Part shown: piece after piece, positions 32,401-47,400 of the stretch
How positions within the stretch are numbered: position 1 is the stretch's first letter
Layout of the letters: each line of letters begins with the position of its first letter
Origin: Yuukianura sp. NJ FZ-2021
Taxonomy: Eukaryota
Assembly (NCBI GenBank): GCA_046563655.1
Contig: CM102290.1
Location: 3,658,001 to 3,722,000, forward strand
DNA: 64,000 nt
Reading direction: 5' to 3'
Position numbers and translations under genes: made by a program
Notes under the pieces: generated by a model
The model's database searches: none
The model's input: the letters and a program-made list of their open reading frames with translations, nothing else
Told to the model about the DNA's origin: nothing

Positions 32401-35400
32401 GAGCCAAAAGAGGCCTAAGGGACCACCACTTTCGTCTTCCATTCCAATTCAAATTCTGCCGCCTTCTCTCCCTTTCTCCCGCTAGTCGGCTCGCGTGGTC
32501 AAGAAAAGTTACTAGGTTAGGCTCGTTAGGAGAACATGAACTAAGGGCTTGTTACATCCAGAGGTCCCTTTATTGAAAAGTTGTGGACGAATAAATGCTT
32601 AAGGGCCCCTGTTCATTTGGAGCTGAACTTTAGCAAGTTTTGGCGGGAACTTGCCATAGGCCTCCTAGTGAAAGTCAATTGCTTTAGAGAAAGCCGGAAA
32701 AGTTTGAGGTCGAACAAGTCGAATTTTAATCAGATTAGGCTTAAAACGTTACCCAATTTTGGAAAAAAGCTTCCGTTATAAAAAAAAAAGTACCGTAAAG
32801 CTCCAAGCACTACAACTGCTCAATAGATTTCCGAAAAAAAATGTGGTTGCTAGGTTTCCATTTAAAAATTGGCGGTATATTTGAAGTAACAATGGATTTT
32901 GGAAACTTGACGTGCAATTTATGGTCTTTGCAAACAGAGTCGGACAGCCGCCAAGAAATACAAACTGTCAGAACTGGTAAATTGGTAAACAGTTTAATTT
33001 TTTTTTTTAGAAAATTGGTTGCTTCCTTTGGTAGTTTCAAGCTCAAAGTTAAATTAACTTTTTTTTTTTAATTCTGTTTGCCTTTGTTCTACTATTTGGT
33101 ATGAAAGTTTGAAAAGAAAACATTTCTGAAACACTTTTTAAAGGTTAAGCTAAGGTCATAGGCATTTTTATGGGTCAATGACCTTGTACCAGGTCAAATG
33201 GCACATAACCCAGCCTAACCCAAAACCTAATCTTTTTTAGTTTTGCTTTATTTCTTCTGGATTTTCGTTTTTATACACCGTGGAAGTGGATCTTCCATTT
33301 CCCGCCGCGCTTCATCGAATCTCTCTGTCACAAAACGTAGGCGACGTTTTATTACTAAAAGTCATCCTTTCCCGCTCCATGAACTTTGACAATACAACTA
33401 TTGCCGCCAGATACAAAAATTGTACAAAAGTGTCACACTTTCACCCGCACTGCCCCAGAAAATGTGCGGAAGGAAGTTAGGGTTGGGGAAGAAGGCGGGT
33501 GGGGAGCATTTTGAGAATCCCGGTTCGGTTTCCATTTGGGATTTCAAAAAAAAATTGGAGACGAGCGGGCGTTTTTTTTTGGCTGTCTGTAGTCGTACCA
33601 TATCATACCGGAAATCCTTCAATATGTGACCTCCGTTTCATATTATTGCTTTCACTACGCCCCATAAAATGAAACTTCTCCCTCTTTTGTACTGTTTCAA
33701 AAAAAATACGGCAGTAGACTCTTAGCTTAATCAAAAAATCTGAAACGCTGCTCTCCCTTTTTTTTTGAAAATAGGAACTGACTATAAGCTGAAATGGTTA
33801 CTTTTTGAAAGTGAAAGTTGAAACGGTGGTGGAGGGAGTAACTACAAAAGTACACGCAGTACCTCTTTTTTTTCTTGAACGGAAAAGCCTTGTAAAAAAA
33901 GAAGAGAAAGTGGAAAATGTCACATTCCCCAAAGTGTCAAAGTGGCAAATTCCAGAAGACTTTGACTTTTAAGCGAATTCGGGAATCCGGAAAAAACCGA
34001 ACTTGAGAATTAGAATTTCAGAATTCTAGAGTAAGAAACAGCGGGTTTTTCTTGTTTCTTTTTTTTGAAATTTGAGTCGACTTGGTTGAATACTTTTTAT
34101 GAATTGTTGATATGAAGTCAGAACATCCGTTTGAGAAAGGCAGTTGAAGTTAAAGTAGCCACTGGGAGATATTGAGACCAGAAAGGAAAAGTTTCACTGA
34201 ATAATTCAATTGAAGAGGCATGTTAAGAAATTGAATTTTGTTCAAATGGACGAAAGATGTTAATTAGATATACAGTAGGAAACAGGGAAAGCTGGCAACT
34301 AACTGCCTCACGCGAAATCGTTTTACTTTCAAAATGGTTTTGGCGCCAACAATTGTTAAATGTCATCATCACCTTGGATGATATTTCTCCGACTTTCAAG
34401 TTTAAGGCGAAACCTAACCAACTATTCAGATTTCATTTTCAAATTTTTAACTTTCTTTTTAACTAAACGCTTTAAAAATTTTTTAACAGAAACAAATGTA
34501 AAAAAAATTGAACAAGTTTTTTGTTCTTTCTGTAAAAACGTTAGGAATTTTCGCAAAAGAATGTTTCAGGAATGTGTTTGAAATAAACGTTTTAAAAAAT
34601 TCCAAAATAATTTCCAATTTGAGTGCAAATTTTTGAAATACAAGTAAACATTAGTCTTTTTTTTTCTTTTTTTTTTGCAAAAGAGTTAAAGTTAGAGTGT
34701 TCCGCATGCGAAAGGCAAAAGGCAAAGGTCAATTAACGAACTCATGACAATCGCTGCAGTCTGAGTCAGCTGATTCCAATGGTTTCAAACTACTGGAAAA
34801 ACAAAAAAACCAAAAGAAAGTTAGAGGAAAACGCGGAAGAATTTGAAACAGTTTTGCAGGATCATCAATTTCCCAACTGCTTTGTGTTGTCATTTGAAAC
34901 GTGAAGGGAATGTTGTTTCTATCATTTGAAATTGGGCGCCAAATGGAGCACCCCACTGCTATAGTACACTCTGGAGCCATAGAATTCGTTTTTAGAATAC
35001 AGAATCCTTAGAAGTTAGAGTTCTAGGATCTCCTAGAGCCTGAGTCTAATAATAAATGCTCAACTAATCAACAGTGTCCTCGTCCAAATTCTATTTTTGA
35101 CTCCTGATGGTCCTTGCTCTTTCAAATTTTTAAATTACCAAAAGTTCACAACTCCGCCCTTTGTTTTGTTCCAAATTTCAAAAAAAAAACAAACAAACAA
35201 ACAAACTCGACGCACTTGCCACTTTTTAGAAACTGAAAAACCTTTATGCCATTCACAAAAAAATCTTGATGCTCCAGAATTTTAATTAGGCGAATCACAA
35301 CTGCTTCTGCTTGTCAAAATTTTGTTTTTAATTGGACAAACCTTAAAAAACAGGAAATTTTTTAATAAAATCTGATTTCAAAACTTGATTAATTTGCGCC

Positions 35401-38400
35401 CAGAAATTTTTAGTGGGAAAGAAATGTGGCTGTAAGATGTGACGACATTTCGTGTCTTTTGGCAGCTTCGGTTTCAAAACTCCTTTTTGGCAGACAAAAT
35501 ATTTATATATGAACTGAATACGGATTTATAGAAGCTTGCTACTTCAAAAAACATCAAATATACTCAGGTGATTTTAATCACACGCATTTCTATCGATTTA
35601 AAGCAGTTTCTTCACGTGAAACCCCTCAGCATTTACTCCTTATTTCAATGTGTTGTGTTAAACCATGATTTTTATTTTGGGGATTTTTTTTTCTGTCGAG
35701 TATAAAATTTCAAAATGCAAAAAACTGGAACATAATTTCTGTTGCAAAAATTTAAAAATTTGAAACCATTATTTCTGGCATTCTTAGAAAAACTTGAGCT
35801 TCGAATAAAAGTTAACGACTAGAATTTAAGTGCAAGGAAAGTGCCAAAATTCAAAAAGTTGTAGCGTGGCTTTTTTGGAAACGTGAATTTATAAGAACTG
35901 TAGAGGAATTACACACTTTGTGGGATGGAAAGAATTTGACTCAACAGGCTACCCGGGTTTTCTGGCGGCCGAGACTCAAGTCGGAGTGTTGATGCCAAGA
36001 TTTTGAATATTTCCGCCAACCCTAAAGAAAAAAATAATTGCAAACGTTAAGCACGTAATTTCCTTGTCACTCGCAGTCACTTCTACTCTGTTCAAATAGA
36101 ACTAAAAAAATAAGAACCAAGAATAAGCCAAGTCCTATTGCGAAGGACAAGATTTGTAAGTATTTCATTTTGCAGTACGCCTTTGCCTCGTGACTACCGT
36201 TCCTAGTTCCTCTCTTTAGTACAAGTTCTTTTGTTCTACGTTTTTTAAAAGTTGTTGTTCTAAATTTTTGAAATCTGTTCAAAATGAATGTCATGTTCAG
36301 TAAATGGAAAAATAAACAAAATGCTGCCTCGACTAATGGTGAAACTTGTGTTGGTGGTTTACTAGAAAAAGACGGAGATGGAGGCGACAGTCATCCGCGT
36401 AGCTACAGAACACATTTAATTTTCGCGGGAAAACGTGACCCTGAGGGGACCGGGGGTCAAAGTGTCGTGACACAGCAGGGGTCGCATTACTACGGGGGTC
36501 ATTCCACAGCGTTATCATTCCCGTCACATTCCAATCATCCTTTTGCGCAGTCGCAACAGCATTTGAGGCCAAGTTCAACGACGGGTGGGAGTGGGGGAAG
36601 TGGGGCCAGTGCGGGTGGGGCACTCGGAATCTCCCCACCAACTTCTACCCACTTTCATTCTTCTTCATCAGCTCAACCTGACACATCAAGACGGAAACAA
36701 CAAAACAGAAATCCGAATTTTTTTGAAGACGATTGTTATCGACCTGGGAACAAACAGGTAACAAATCGTTGTTTTTCCGTAAAAAATCGTTTTCTCCACA
36801 TCAAAACAACAGATTATGTTTGAATGTTGGGTTAGTTTTAGTATTAGTATTTTGGTTTTAAACTTTTGGTCCATTATGTTCAAAATCCTTGACTGTTACT
36901 CGCAGTTTTTAAAACTTCAAAGCAGCTTCTGTTGTCATGCTTAAGGGCAAGGACGACTTTTAGTTGCAACTTGCAAGTGACATGACAGTAACTATTTTTA
37001 AACGAAAATAAAACCTTCACTTTTTTACGTACCGCCTCCGGAATTTTCTTTGATTTTAAGTTCTGTTTGAAGGAGAAACTTTTTCCAAATCGGTTGCCCA
37101 ACCCCCGCTTTTTTGCGTAGTAAAAAGTGTCATAAAATTAAAGTTTCTTGGCATTTGAATTTTTTTCCTAGAAAAAAAAACAAAGATTTATTTTTTGAAG
37201 TATTCTTCATACTAAAAAACTGTCGTGGTGTTTCCCACACTATTGAAATTTTTCTGCTTGATGTAAATTTTGAACATTTCTTTTCTTACAAGGTCAAAGG
37301 TCATATAACCCTAAATTGAAATACAAACATGTTGTTTAAAAGTTTCAATGGAAAACCATTGTTCGGAAAAGTGGAAGCGTAGCACCATTTTTCAAATTCA
37401 AAAATTGTGTCTTTCCACCTACTTTCTCCGTTCACCTTGTTTTTCACACTTGAAAAGTGTTGCATCTTAAGTGGGTTGGTTACCTTTGTGTAACTGTCAG
37501 GTGTAAATGGGCGCGTAATTTTAATTAATTGGATTCTTTGCTTCCCTCAACTCTTAAAACTATGCAATTACTTATGCGTGGTTTCTTGTAACAGTTACAA
37601 AAGACTTTAAAACAGAAATTTATATTCATACAGTTCTCAGCCCTTGATGCGATGAAATTACTTCATTTTGAACCACTTCATATTTTGAAATGGGAGATTT
37701 TAAAATTTAAATTTCTTGTGGACTGAGATGACGATGCTAGTTAATACAACTTTAACAAAAAAGTAAAATTTTCAAGAAATTTGAAAATTTATTTTATCAC
37801 AGGCGTATTACTGCAACAAACCGCTACAGAAAAATTCAAAATTTGTATTTTCCAAATCTAGGAAAGGCTTTTCTGCACAATTCATTATAAATTTAAACAT
37901 TGTTCCAAAATCTATTTTCAAAAGTAGTTGCCTTTTTTAAATCGTCCAACTCTAGGGGTTTCCAAAGTTACATTAAGTATTTAGATGTCCAAATTTGCTA
38001 AAGAAATGGATCTGTTCCAATTTATTTTGAACACAATCGACTCCACCAACGCTACCGTCCCCCCTCCTGACTCTGATCGACTTGAATACGAAAGTGAAAC
38101 CTTTTAAGGATTTGTTGCGTCAAGGAGGCGTTAGCCATGGGTTGGATTCCCACCGCGGTGATGAAACGACTGCCACGGTGGATCGATCGTGATCTATTTT
38201 GCATCGAAAGGGCTTTCCTTAGTGCTTAGACCTTAATCAGGGGCTTTCAGAGAAAATGCCAAGAATACAAAAGCAGTGGGAGTTTAGGTTCTACAAGTTT
38301 CCAAAAAGAGAACACAATATAATGACCTTTGCATTTCCAGTTACAACTTTAGTATTGAAACCAGTTGGACAAAAGTTTTGGAAACTACAACTCCTAGTTC

Positions 38401-38487
38401 TAGTCGGATTAGTCTAACTTCCCACCTTGTTTCCAATTTTGCTCAGGTCCCACCGACTACTACGGCGGCAACCACCAGTACAAAAAA
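26420..38487 (+). CDS. Putative alternative 5' coding exons of the downstream gene: ATG-G at 26420-26423 and a 41-nt exon at 38447-38487 (MGPTDYYGGNHQYKK, then exon 41348)
   Basis: gccaaaATGG|GTAAGT; acceptor ttttgctcag|GT CCC ACC GAC TAC TAC GGC GGC AAC CAC CAG TAC AAA AAA|gtaaac; phases 1 then 0 join in frame to the exon at 41348. Confidence 0.45.
33172..33184. promoter_or_regulatory. IR1 ecdysone-response-element-type site GGGTCA-A-TGACCT
   Basis: Direct match to the EcR/USP IR1 consensus, with extra AGGTCA half-sites at about 33153 and 33191. Confidence 0.5.
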
Positions 38488-41400
38488 GTAAACACAAAAG
38501 TCCCACCGAAGTCTCAGAAAAATTTCTTTTCAAACGTACGAAATTATAATTAACAGCATTCTACGTTTTTAATAAAGAAAAAAGAACAAATAGATTTTGC
38601 TTTCACAAACTTTTTTTTTCCAATTTGAAAGCTTAGTTTTTTTTCCTGTCACTTGTGTTAAAAAGAAATTGCGAATTTGAAAAATGAAAGATGAAAAGAG
38701 TTCACACATTGTGAACAAAATAGCAAAAACTATTTTCGGGTTCAGTGTTATAATGTCCGTGGCGTGATATCGCCAAAAACAAATATCAGAATTGTGTTCG
38801 CACTTTTGGTGGGGCAATGCTGGGACGATTGATGGTGGGACCTAAAAGTGTCCCACCTTTGCAGCAGGAAGTGAGGAAACAAAAGAAGAGAATATAATGG
38901 ATTGATGTGTTCCCTAAAACCCAATACCGGTGCCACCGCCACCGTGCACTTATTCGGACAAAAAAAAGTTCATCCATTACTTTTTTTGGCCACGAAAAAC
39001 GTGTTAACGTTCGTTTCATTTCCGCTGAGCCCCGTTGGCTGAATCCCAAAAAGTGAGAAAACCTTTCACTTTGAACATCTCAATAAACTTACGTTAGCGT
39101 GGAATACTTACTACTATTAACTGAAAAAAAAATGAAAGTCGCTTTTCATAAAAAAAATGCTTCAGGCAATGTCAAAAATTGGCGCGAAACACAAAGATGT
39201 AGAAAACTGGCTTATCAAATTCTGCCTTTTTCATTTACTAATTTTTTAAATTGAAACTCAATTAAACAAGTTATATGTAGCACCTTTACTATTTCATAAA
39301 CAAGCAGAAAAAGAAAAAAAAGGAAATTTGAAAAGCTGTGGAAAATTTTTCCGTTTAAGAAGAAATACAGAAAGTGGAATTGACAAAATTTGGACAAAGT
39401 GGTAAAGAAAGAGGAAACTTTAACTTTGGTGAAGTTCCTTTTCAAATCGAATTTCCTTGGTTTTCTTCCTCTTCTTTTCTTCTGTTCCGTTAACATGCCT
39501 TTTTACTTTCTCCACTTTACGTTACACTACCGTCGTGATTCTACTCAACTAAAAAACTCCACTTTTGAAAAAAAAAGAAGATGTTAGTAAGACTTAGAAT
39601 TAAAAACGACAACAATATCAAAAACACCTGAGGCAAAAACTGTTAAGAATACAAAACTCTGAATAAAAAAGTTTGTTTTTATTTTTGGTCTGTTTTGCCG
39701 AAAGTGAAAAAGAAAAACTTCAAAATATTCAACAATTCTGCCATTCCATCCTTTGAAATCGCAAAAAATCAGAATAATGTGCAATTTCATTCTCTTTTTC
39801 AAAGAAAAACTCTTTTTTGAAGTAAATTTTGTCTTTTTTTCAACGTGGTGAACTTCTGGCTGGTGAAAGCTAACCACAAATTGTGGTTGTAAAATATAAT
39901 TTAGGAAAGAAGTTCAACGGCAAATTATCTTAAACCAAGAAAAAAGAAGCAATAAAAAAAGTGGAATTGGCAATTGAAGTGAGTTACGAATTTAACACTA
40001 ATGTTAAACAGTATCTTCTAACAAAATTTTGAAAGCCGTTTTTGAACATTCAGAAATCTGGAATAAAACCAAGATAATTTTCCATTTCCTATGATATGCT
40101 ATGGAATCCGTATCCCCTTGAATTTTGATTTAATAAACACATAACCGTGAAGGGCAAAATTTTCAAATTCGAGGAATTTCAAAAAAATTTAGGAATATTT
40201 TACTATTCAACGCCATTGTGTGCTTGAAAGAGTCAAACAACGTTGACTTGTATTGGATTTATTTTTCAAGGTCCCTCCACCGCACCATTTCTCGAAAGTT
40301 GGCATTTTCCCTTTTAGCTCTCTAAATTAAAAATGTATGTCACGTTGTTCCAAATTTTGGGAGTTTGCTCTCAAAATTTCTTGATTCGTTGGTCTCCCTT
40401 TGTTTCATATTTGACGTTTGCCTTGAATTTTCATTTTGAACAGGCGGGCTTTTTTAAATATTTAAATTCATGAACAAGGCTCTAAAGCCTTACAAAAACG
40501 AATATTTTCAACTTTTTGAGATGAGTGGCGTAGTTACAATGATCAACTTGGGAAATATTATCAACCGAAAAAAAATTCAACATTGCCTGCTAAGATTTTC
40601 ATCTGTCCTACTATCTATTACGTTCAGAAATTCAAATTTTCTGGGTGATCTTGATATTTTTTTTTGCAAGAACATGTAAAAATTCGTTTAGTATCTTTTT
40701 GAAAAAACCAAAAACATGTTCTGCGAAGTAGGTTTTTTTAAAACAATGTCAGTTGCGGGCTGACACGATGACATTAAAACTGTCGAGGTGTGTCACAACG
40801 TTATAAGTCGTAACCTTCAACACCCTCCAGTGACAAGCTCAAAATTAAGTTTTTCCAAAAATTGTGTCATTTTATGACAACCACTGCTGACATAAATTTT
40901 TATGAGGAAAAATTATGCTATGCTACTACGCGCTTAATAACATGACCTGAAAACCGCTAATACCTTTTCATTACATAAAAAAAAGTTTCTTGTTTGGTTG
41001 TAAGGTGGTTTAAGGAGACCTGAGTTTGAAAACTTCTGACTTTTAAATTTTAAAACAACGCCCTGAAATACCTTTTGCTTGTAACACATTGTATGCTTGA
41101 AAAATAGTAGAGGTATGAAGGTGTTTTAAAAATGAAAAAATTTTGGAAATTTTTAATTTCTCATACTGAGGAAGTTACGTTTTACGGAGTTTTAACCCGG
41201 AGCGTGACTTTGGTTTTCACTCAACGGAAAAATTTTGAGAGCAAACAAATCAATACTTAGAAACTATGCAATTGCGGAATTACCTGTAACCTGTAACTTC
41301 TCATTAGTATATGAAAGATTTTATGTAGACTATTTTTCTGTGTATAGGTGAGTTTCGGCAGTGGGGGCGGTGGTTACCCATGGTTACCTCCACAGAATGG

Positions 41401-44400
41401 CTTACCTAACAGTTTACAACCGAGTCCAACCTCTGCCTACGGAGCTGGAGACGACGGTCGCCCGGGAATGCTGGAAGTTGTAGCTGGCCTGTCTCGAGAT
41501 TGCTTTATCATTCCCTTGGCTTGTGTCGACCGCTTTCTACCAGCTGGTCTCACTGTAAGCATTTTCAAAATTTTGAAAAAAGTACTTTATTTTTTTGAAA
41601 TTGAAATATGACGTTAAAGTCAAAAATTATGGGTCCGGCTGACCAGAAACCTAACTCTGGCATCATAATATCTCCGCAGTTCATCTTAGCTTTTCCCGGG
41701 TTTAGGCATGGAAGATGTTCCTTTCCAGTCCATTGACTCCATTTGGAATTCATATTCCACTAAACTCCATAGCCGTGTTTGGAAAGTTAAGTTATTCTGG
41801 AACTAGGGCGCGAAAAACGTTAACATTCAAATTAATTTTTGAATTTAACCGCCTAAACTAAAAAGAACGTTCTGAATATACTAAACTCCCAAAATCCAAA
41901 ACAGAATAAAGTTTTGTGAAAAAGCTAATTCCGAAATTAATCATTTCCAAAAAATAATCAGTCAGTTGCAGTGGATCTTATACTACGTTCGTAATTTGTT
42001 TCCAAAAAACCAATTTTAAAATTAAAGTCTGAGTGAAAAGGTTATTTTTGGAAGTTGGAAATTTTGAAAAGCGAAAATCTCCTTTATGCTTTAGTAATAT
42101 TTGAGAAGATTCATTTCCGTTTTCATTTTTGAAATGAATCAATTTTTGAAATTGGCTCCCAGCGGATGGACTGGTCTAATGAGATATCAGTCAAAATGAA
42201 AACGTATCCATTATGGACAAAAATGGTTGAAAGGCAGGCAGGAACCAAAAATAAATTCAAAATTTTGTCAAAAAGCCTTTGCAAAGCTCTTTTTCCTTTG
42301 AAGATCCAATTTTTGAAATTAAAAGTGACAAGGCTGGAGTGAATGCAGGAGTTTGGAATTTGAAATTGGCACAAGCCAAGATTTTGAGAGATCAATCACT
42401 TTTGTTCAAATTGGCACAAAAATCACAGACACACACAAAAGTTTCAGAATTTTTTATTTTTTTCTAGTATCTTTGCACAAAAGTCGGAGAGAAAAGACGG
42501 CTTGATGTCGTCAACTTTTTCTTCTTTTGTGCTCAGTTTCTTAGGGCAATTTTCTCCTGCCTTTTCATTGCACAAATTTAATCATCACTTTTATAACTTT
42601 CTTTGCAGTATTAACTTCCATTGTAACCAAAAAAAATTGGTAGTGTTCCAACTCAAAAAAAGAAGTTTGACAAAGAATTGGAGAAAAATACGAAAGAAAT
42701 TTGGCTCAATTTTCAAAAAAAAAAGTTGAGATTTGATTGTCCTTGACTCAGATTTTGAAATTTTGTGCATAGAGAAAGTGTGCTTTTCCAGGAACTTTTT
42801 TTTTATTTGTGATAATTTGCACTTGGAACTGACAGGTACAGCCAAAATCGTCGAAATTTTCAATTGTGTCATTACGATAAAGTTCGAAATTTCCAACTTT
42901 GAAATCATTGCAACTGCAGAAAACGTACCTGTGCCATGAAAAATTTTGAAAACTTTTGTTCAAGGTTGTTGTGTGATAGGTTAGTTTCTTAATGGTAACT
43001 TTTTGGAAAATCTCATACTTATTTGGCAAGTATTCTCGCTCCGCGAAAATTTTCACTCACCCTGTACCTTGTAAAGTATTGCTTCTTTTACAAAAAAGGC
43101 GCGTATTTCAAACACCAAATTTTGTTTGAATTTGAGCACGATTGGAAAGTTGGGTTGTTGGTGAAAGGATCAAGGAAGAGATCAAAGAACAATTTTTTTA
43201 GAAAGTTAAAACTTGAAAAGTTTTGGTTCAAATTAAATTATCATTCACCAGAACACGCAATCCGTGAGCTGCTTGCTGCTTTACTTCAACCAAAACCTAT
43301 GAACATTGCTGCTTTACTTCAACCAAAAACTTACACTTTGTAGAGCATTCACAAAAGTTTGCTTGATTTACAACAGAATTAGGAAACCATTCAACCTGAA
43401 AGTAAACCCAAGCCATTCATTCGCCATCTCAAAAAACTTTTTTTACAACTTTCTCTTTCCGCGTGGTGTATTTTTCAAAAAATAAAATTTTAAAAAAACA
43501 TTACTTTTCAATTTAAAAAAAAATAAAACAAATTCTAAAAAAAATTTTTTTTTGAAAAGCTACTCAGGAAAGAAAAGTCTTTGGGGTTTTCCCAAATGGT
43601 TTCAATCCAAGTGCTTCGAGCTTTAGGTGAAACCTAAAGCCGTAGAAGTGCTTTTTAGAAAATGGATGTCATATGAGAAACGACGACGAAAAAAACTGGT
43701 TTTTATGGATTCGTGTTTCCTTATTTTTTTAAACTAAAAAGTTCTGCTTTTTATATATGTGAAATGTTATCCCGTTTCACGGTGAATGACTTATCCTTAA
43801 TATTGGAAAGAAGGCGTTTTCTTATGACAGAGTGAAAAAAGTGAAAAGTGTATCATGGGAATAACATTGCCGAAAAGAGGTGAAAAGTGTTTTCGTTTTT
43901 CCAAATCCTTATGAAAAGGTTTAAAGTTTAACTTGTTTAAAAATTTGTAAAAAAAAAAAAAGAAAAAAGAAAAAAAAAACAACTTCTGTTTTGAACTAAA
44001 AACCGTATTTGTATACAAAATTTTATACTGTAGAGAAACAACGTTTATTAAATTTTTTCTGTATCTTGCATTTTTATATCATTCTATTTCAAATCTGACA
44101 CTGCATTTTTACTAACAACCGTGTTTTCATTTTTTTTGCTCATGAAATCTTGTTTAAAAATTCTTTTCATCTTGGAAATTTTTACATAGAAGAATTATTT
44201 CTGTCTTTCTATTCTGACTTTCCTCCTTTCTCCTCTGTTTAGAATTAAGTGAAAGTTTTGAATGTCATCATTTTTCATTTTTCATGAGACAGGAAAAAAA
44301 ACTGTCAAAAAACTAACCTAACGTCCCCCCCCCTTTCTGCGCCGCTGCAGGTTTACCCCGCCCCCATACTTGCAGTGGCTAACTTTCAGTACAAATGTAG

Positions 44401-47400
44401 AGGTCAAACAACCTCCACTTGACTGCAATAGTTTAACAGCACACAATGTTCGAAAACGAAAAAAAAAAACGGTTTTCAATAATTTCAATATTTTGAATTT
44501 TTTTTTGTTTAATATTTTCAGCTTCCAGTTCCAGAGGTAATGTCAAGTACGAAAAGTTCCCGCGGTGGGAATAACAACAGTAGTAGTGCCAGTGCCACAG
44601 TCATGGGAACTCCTCTCAATATCATGGAAGTGGCTGACCCACAACTAGATGGTGAGTGACCTCACGAAGCAAGGTTCCTTGACAATGAAAGATGAATTTT
44701 CTTTAACAGGTTGAGTACTACCTCGCTTGTTGACAAAAAAAAACTAAAAAAAAAATAAAAAATTGGCACCAATCCAAAAAATTGTTACCAATTCGTATGT
44801 AAAATTTAAAAAATTCGGCTGTATTGTTATAACTACGATACCATGAAATGAAAAACCCTCTTTTTTAAAACATGAGGTATTACTCAACCTGTTAAAGAAA
44901 ATCAAAGTCAACAAACCTTGTGCCGAAGGGTTAATGACGTCATCGCAAGGTCAATGACCTTGCCCCCACTTTGCTAACGACTCTTGATGTGCCCTTATTT
45001 TGTAGTTGTGGTTCACCTAATGACGCCCTTAATTCCACTGAGTCCGCCAGGGATAGAGACGCCCATGTCGCAGCCTGAGAGGATCCAGCGGAGCATTGCG
45101 ATGGAACTGCTCCAGAAAGTGGCCGGAGAGCGTCAGGCGTCACATGGTCTCCTGCTCGCCTCTATGGAAAACAGTTGTAAGTGTCCTTGGCCCTTAAGGG
45201 TCCTTCCAAAAATAATTTCAACCTAACTTGGAACTAGGCTCCTTGAGCACGGCCTCACAAACTTAGTAAGGCATGAGAGAAAGTTTAAAGAACTGGGGAT
45301 GGTTGTGGGCTGCGTCGATGTTCCCGCTTTTCCGGAGATCTTTGGAGAAGATGACTTTATAACTTGAGGGAATTAGAAAGTTGAGAACGATTATTTTTGA
45401 ATCACTTTCAAAAAGTTTCACTTTGCATGTGAGCTGCCAAGTTTTGCAAATTGAACTCGGTCAAGGACAAGGTCGGTCAAACCGAGCTTGAATTTCAGCC
45501 GAGTGAACAAAAAATTGAGTTTTTTGATTTTCTGTTTAAAAAAATGAAGTAGAAGTTGACAAACGGGGTTTTGGATAAAGTTTTCACCGTAGGCATCATA
45601 ATGACTTGAACGTGGTGACCCTGAGGAGGGAAAGGATAAAGTTGAAATTCAAAATTACAAGTTTTCGAACGCCATGCTGACCTTTGGGACTTAGCCACCT
45701 CGACGTGACTTTTTGATCAACTGTTCAAACCTTCCCACCAAAACGAAATTCCCCGCCCTAAAAGCAGTGTCATATTTTTGTTCCAGATTATTTGAACGCC
45801 CTCTCCCCACCACCCAAGAAATCTATTCCACCCGCAGCCGCCGTTCTTTTTCTAAATTTCGAAATGTAGCGCGTTAAGGTTCCCCGCAAATTGGCCATGT
45901 CATGTCATGGCATCTCTTTTTGGCTGAAGGTGACAGAAATCTTGATTAGGTGTTACATCCTTACACTTCTCATACTGCTGATGCTAGTTTTTGGGTGTTA
46001 CGTTTTCGGTGTTAGAGTGTTATATCCTCAGTATTACATTTGGAGTGTTACGGTTTTCCATCTTTGGCGTTACACTTTGAACCAAGAGCCGCAGACGACG
46101 ATATTTCATTCGCACTCTGATGGAGACGAGGTCAATATTCCTTTTGAAATAAAAAAAACTGGAAAGACTGCCGTGTAATTGGAAAGGAAGGATGAAGGTT
46201 TGGCGCCATTTTGAAAAGTTCTTGTTTCCTAATGATCATTTTCTCCTCAAGTGGATCCAGAGTCTTCAGTTAAGATCTGTCAACCAGTAGCCCAGAACCT
46301 TATAGGCTCCCAATTCTGACTTTTTAGAACAAGGATTTCTGTTTGAACAAGATTGAGTTCAGAATTTAGTGATTCAGAGTAGGAAAATTAAGTTAGGAAA
46401 CTTTAATCAACGTTAACTTCTTCTATTGGCCCTCCTTTCTAAAGATTTCAGTCATTGGAACACTGAAGAAAGTCGATTTTTTGAAACTTTTGTTCCAAAT
46501 TCCCTTTTTTTGAAAAAGCTGAACACGCCGAAATTCAACATTTAAAAATGGAGTCCATTTGGAAGTTGGACCATTTGAAAAGTTTTCCTGGACAGGAAAA
46601 CTAATTTCCCTTAAGTGTTATTTTCCCCGGGAGAATTCAAGTATAAAAAACATGACCTCAATCAAACACCCTTAACAAACAGTGTTCCGTCGACTCTCTG
46701 GCACCCAAAATTTCGCAAAATTTTGAACTATTCTTAACAAAATGTTAACAATTTTGAATTTTTTGGTTCCTTTTTTTGTCTAAGTTAGTTTTTGTTAGTT
46801 TGTTTACTTTCTCCAACTTCATTCATGCCTTTCACTTTGTAACAAATTGACCAATCACGTCATTTTGAAAACTAGGTTGCGAGCAATGATCATCTCTAAT
46901 CATTGCGACTCCGATTCTATTAAAAAGTGTTGGAAAATGTATCTCCCAAAGATTGAAGTGTCCAAAAAGATTCTCTTTTCGGATTCTAATCAATATCCAT
47001 GAGGTATCTATCTAGTAAGTGTAGGTGTGTGTAAAGGCAGGGGCTACTAACGGTATCTGGACAGGAGGAAATCAAGTTCCTGGAAGGCTTCAAGGAAAGA
47101 TATGGTCGGAAGTTGAAAAAGAAATTGAGAAAATCCTATTAGACTTTCTTCTTCTTCTTCTTTTTACAAAAAGGAATCGCTTTTCTTTCTCTTCTTTCGA
47201 ACATTGCCGCCGTTGCGGTGAAAAGAAAATGACGCTGAAACGAGTAAGAGTTCAGCGATGTTCCTTGGAAAAAAACAAGACAAGATACTTTCACCGTCGT
47301 AACAAAAAGAAACGTTATGCGCTTAATCATGACATCCGAAAAAGACTAAAGTAAATTCCACTTTCCCAGTGCTTTCCCCAGTGAATTAATCATTATTTAT

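Noticed and set aside
21000..36200. Numerous 60-140 aa F/K/L-rich ORFs
   Set aside because: Composition reflects A/T homopolymer runs; no coding signal or homology; treated as intergenic or intronic.
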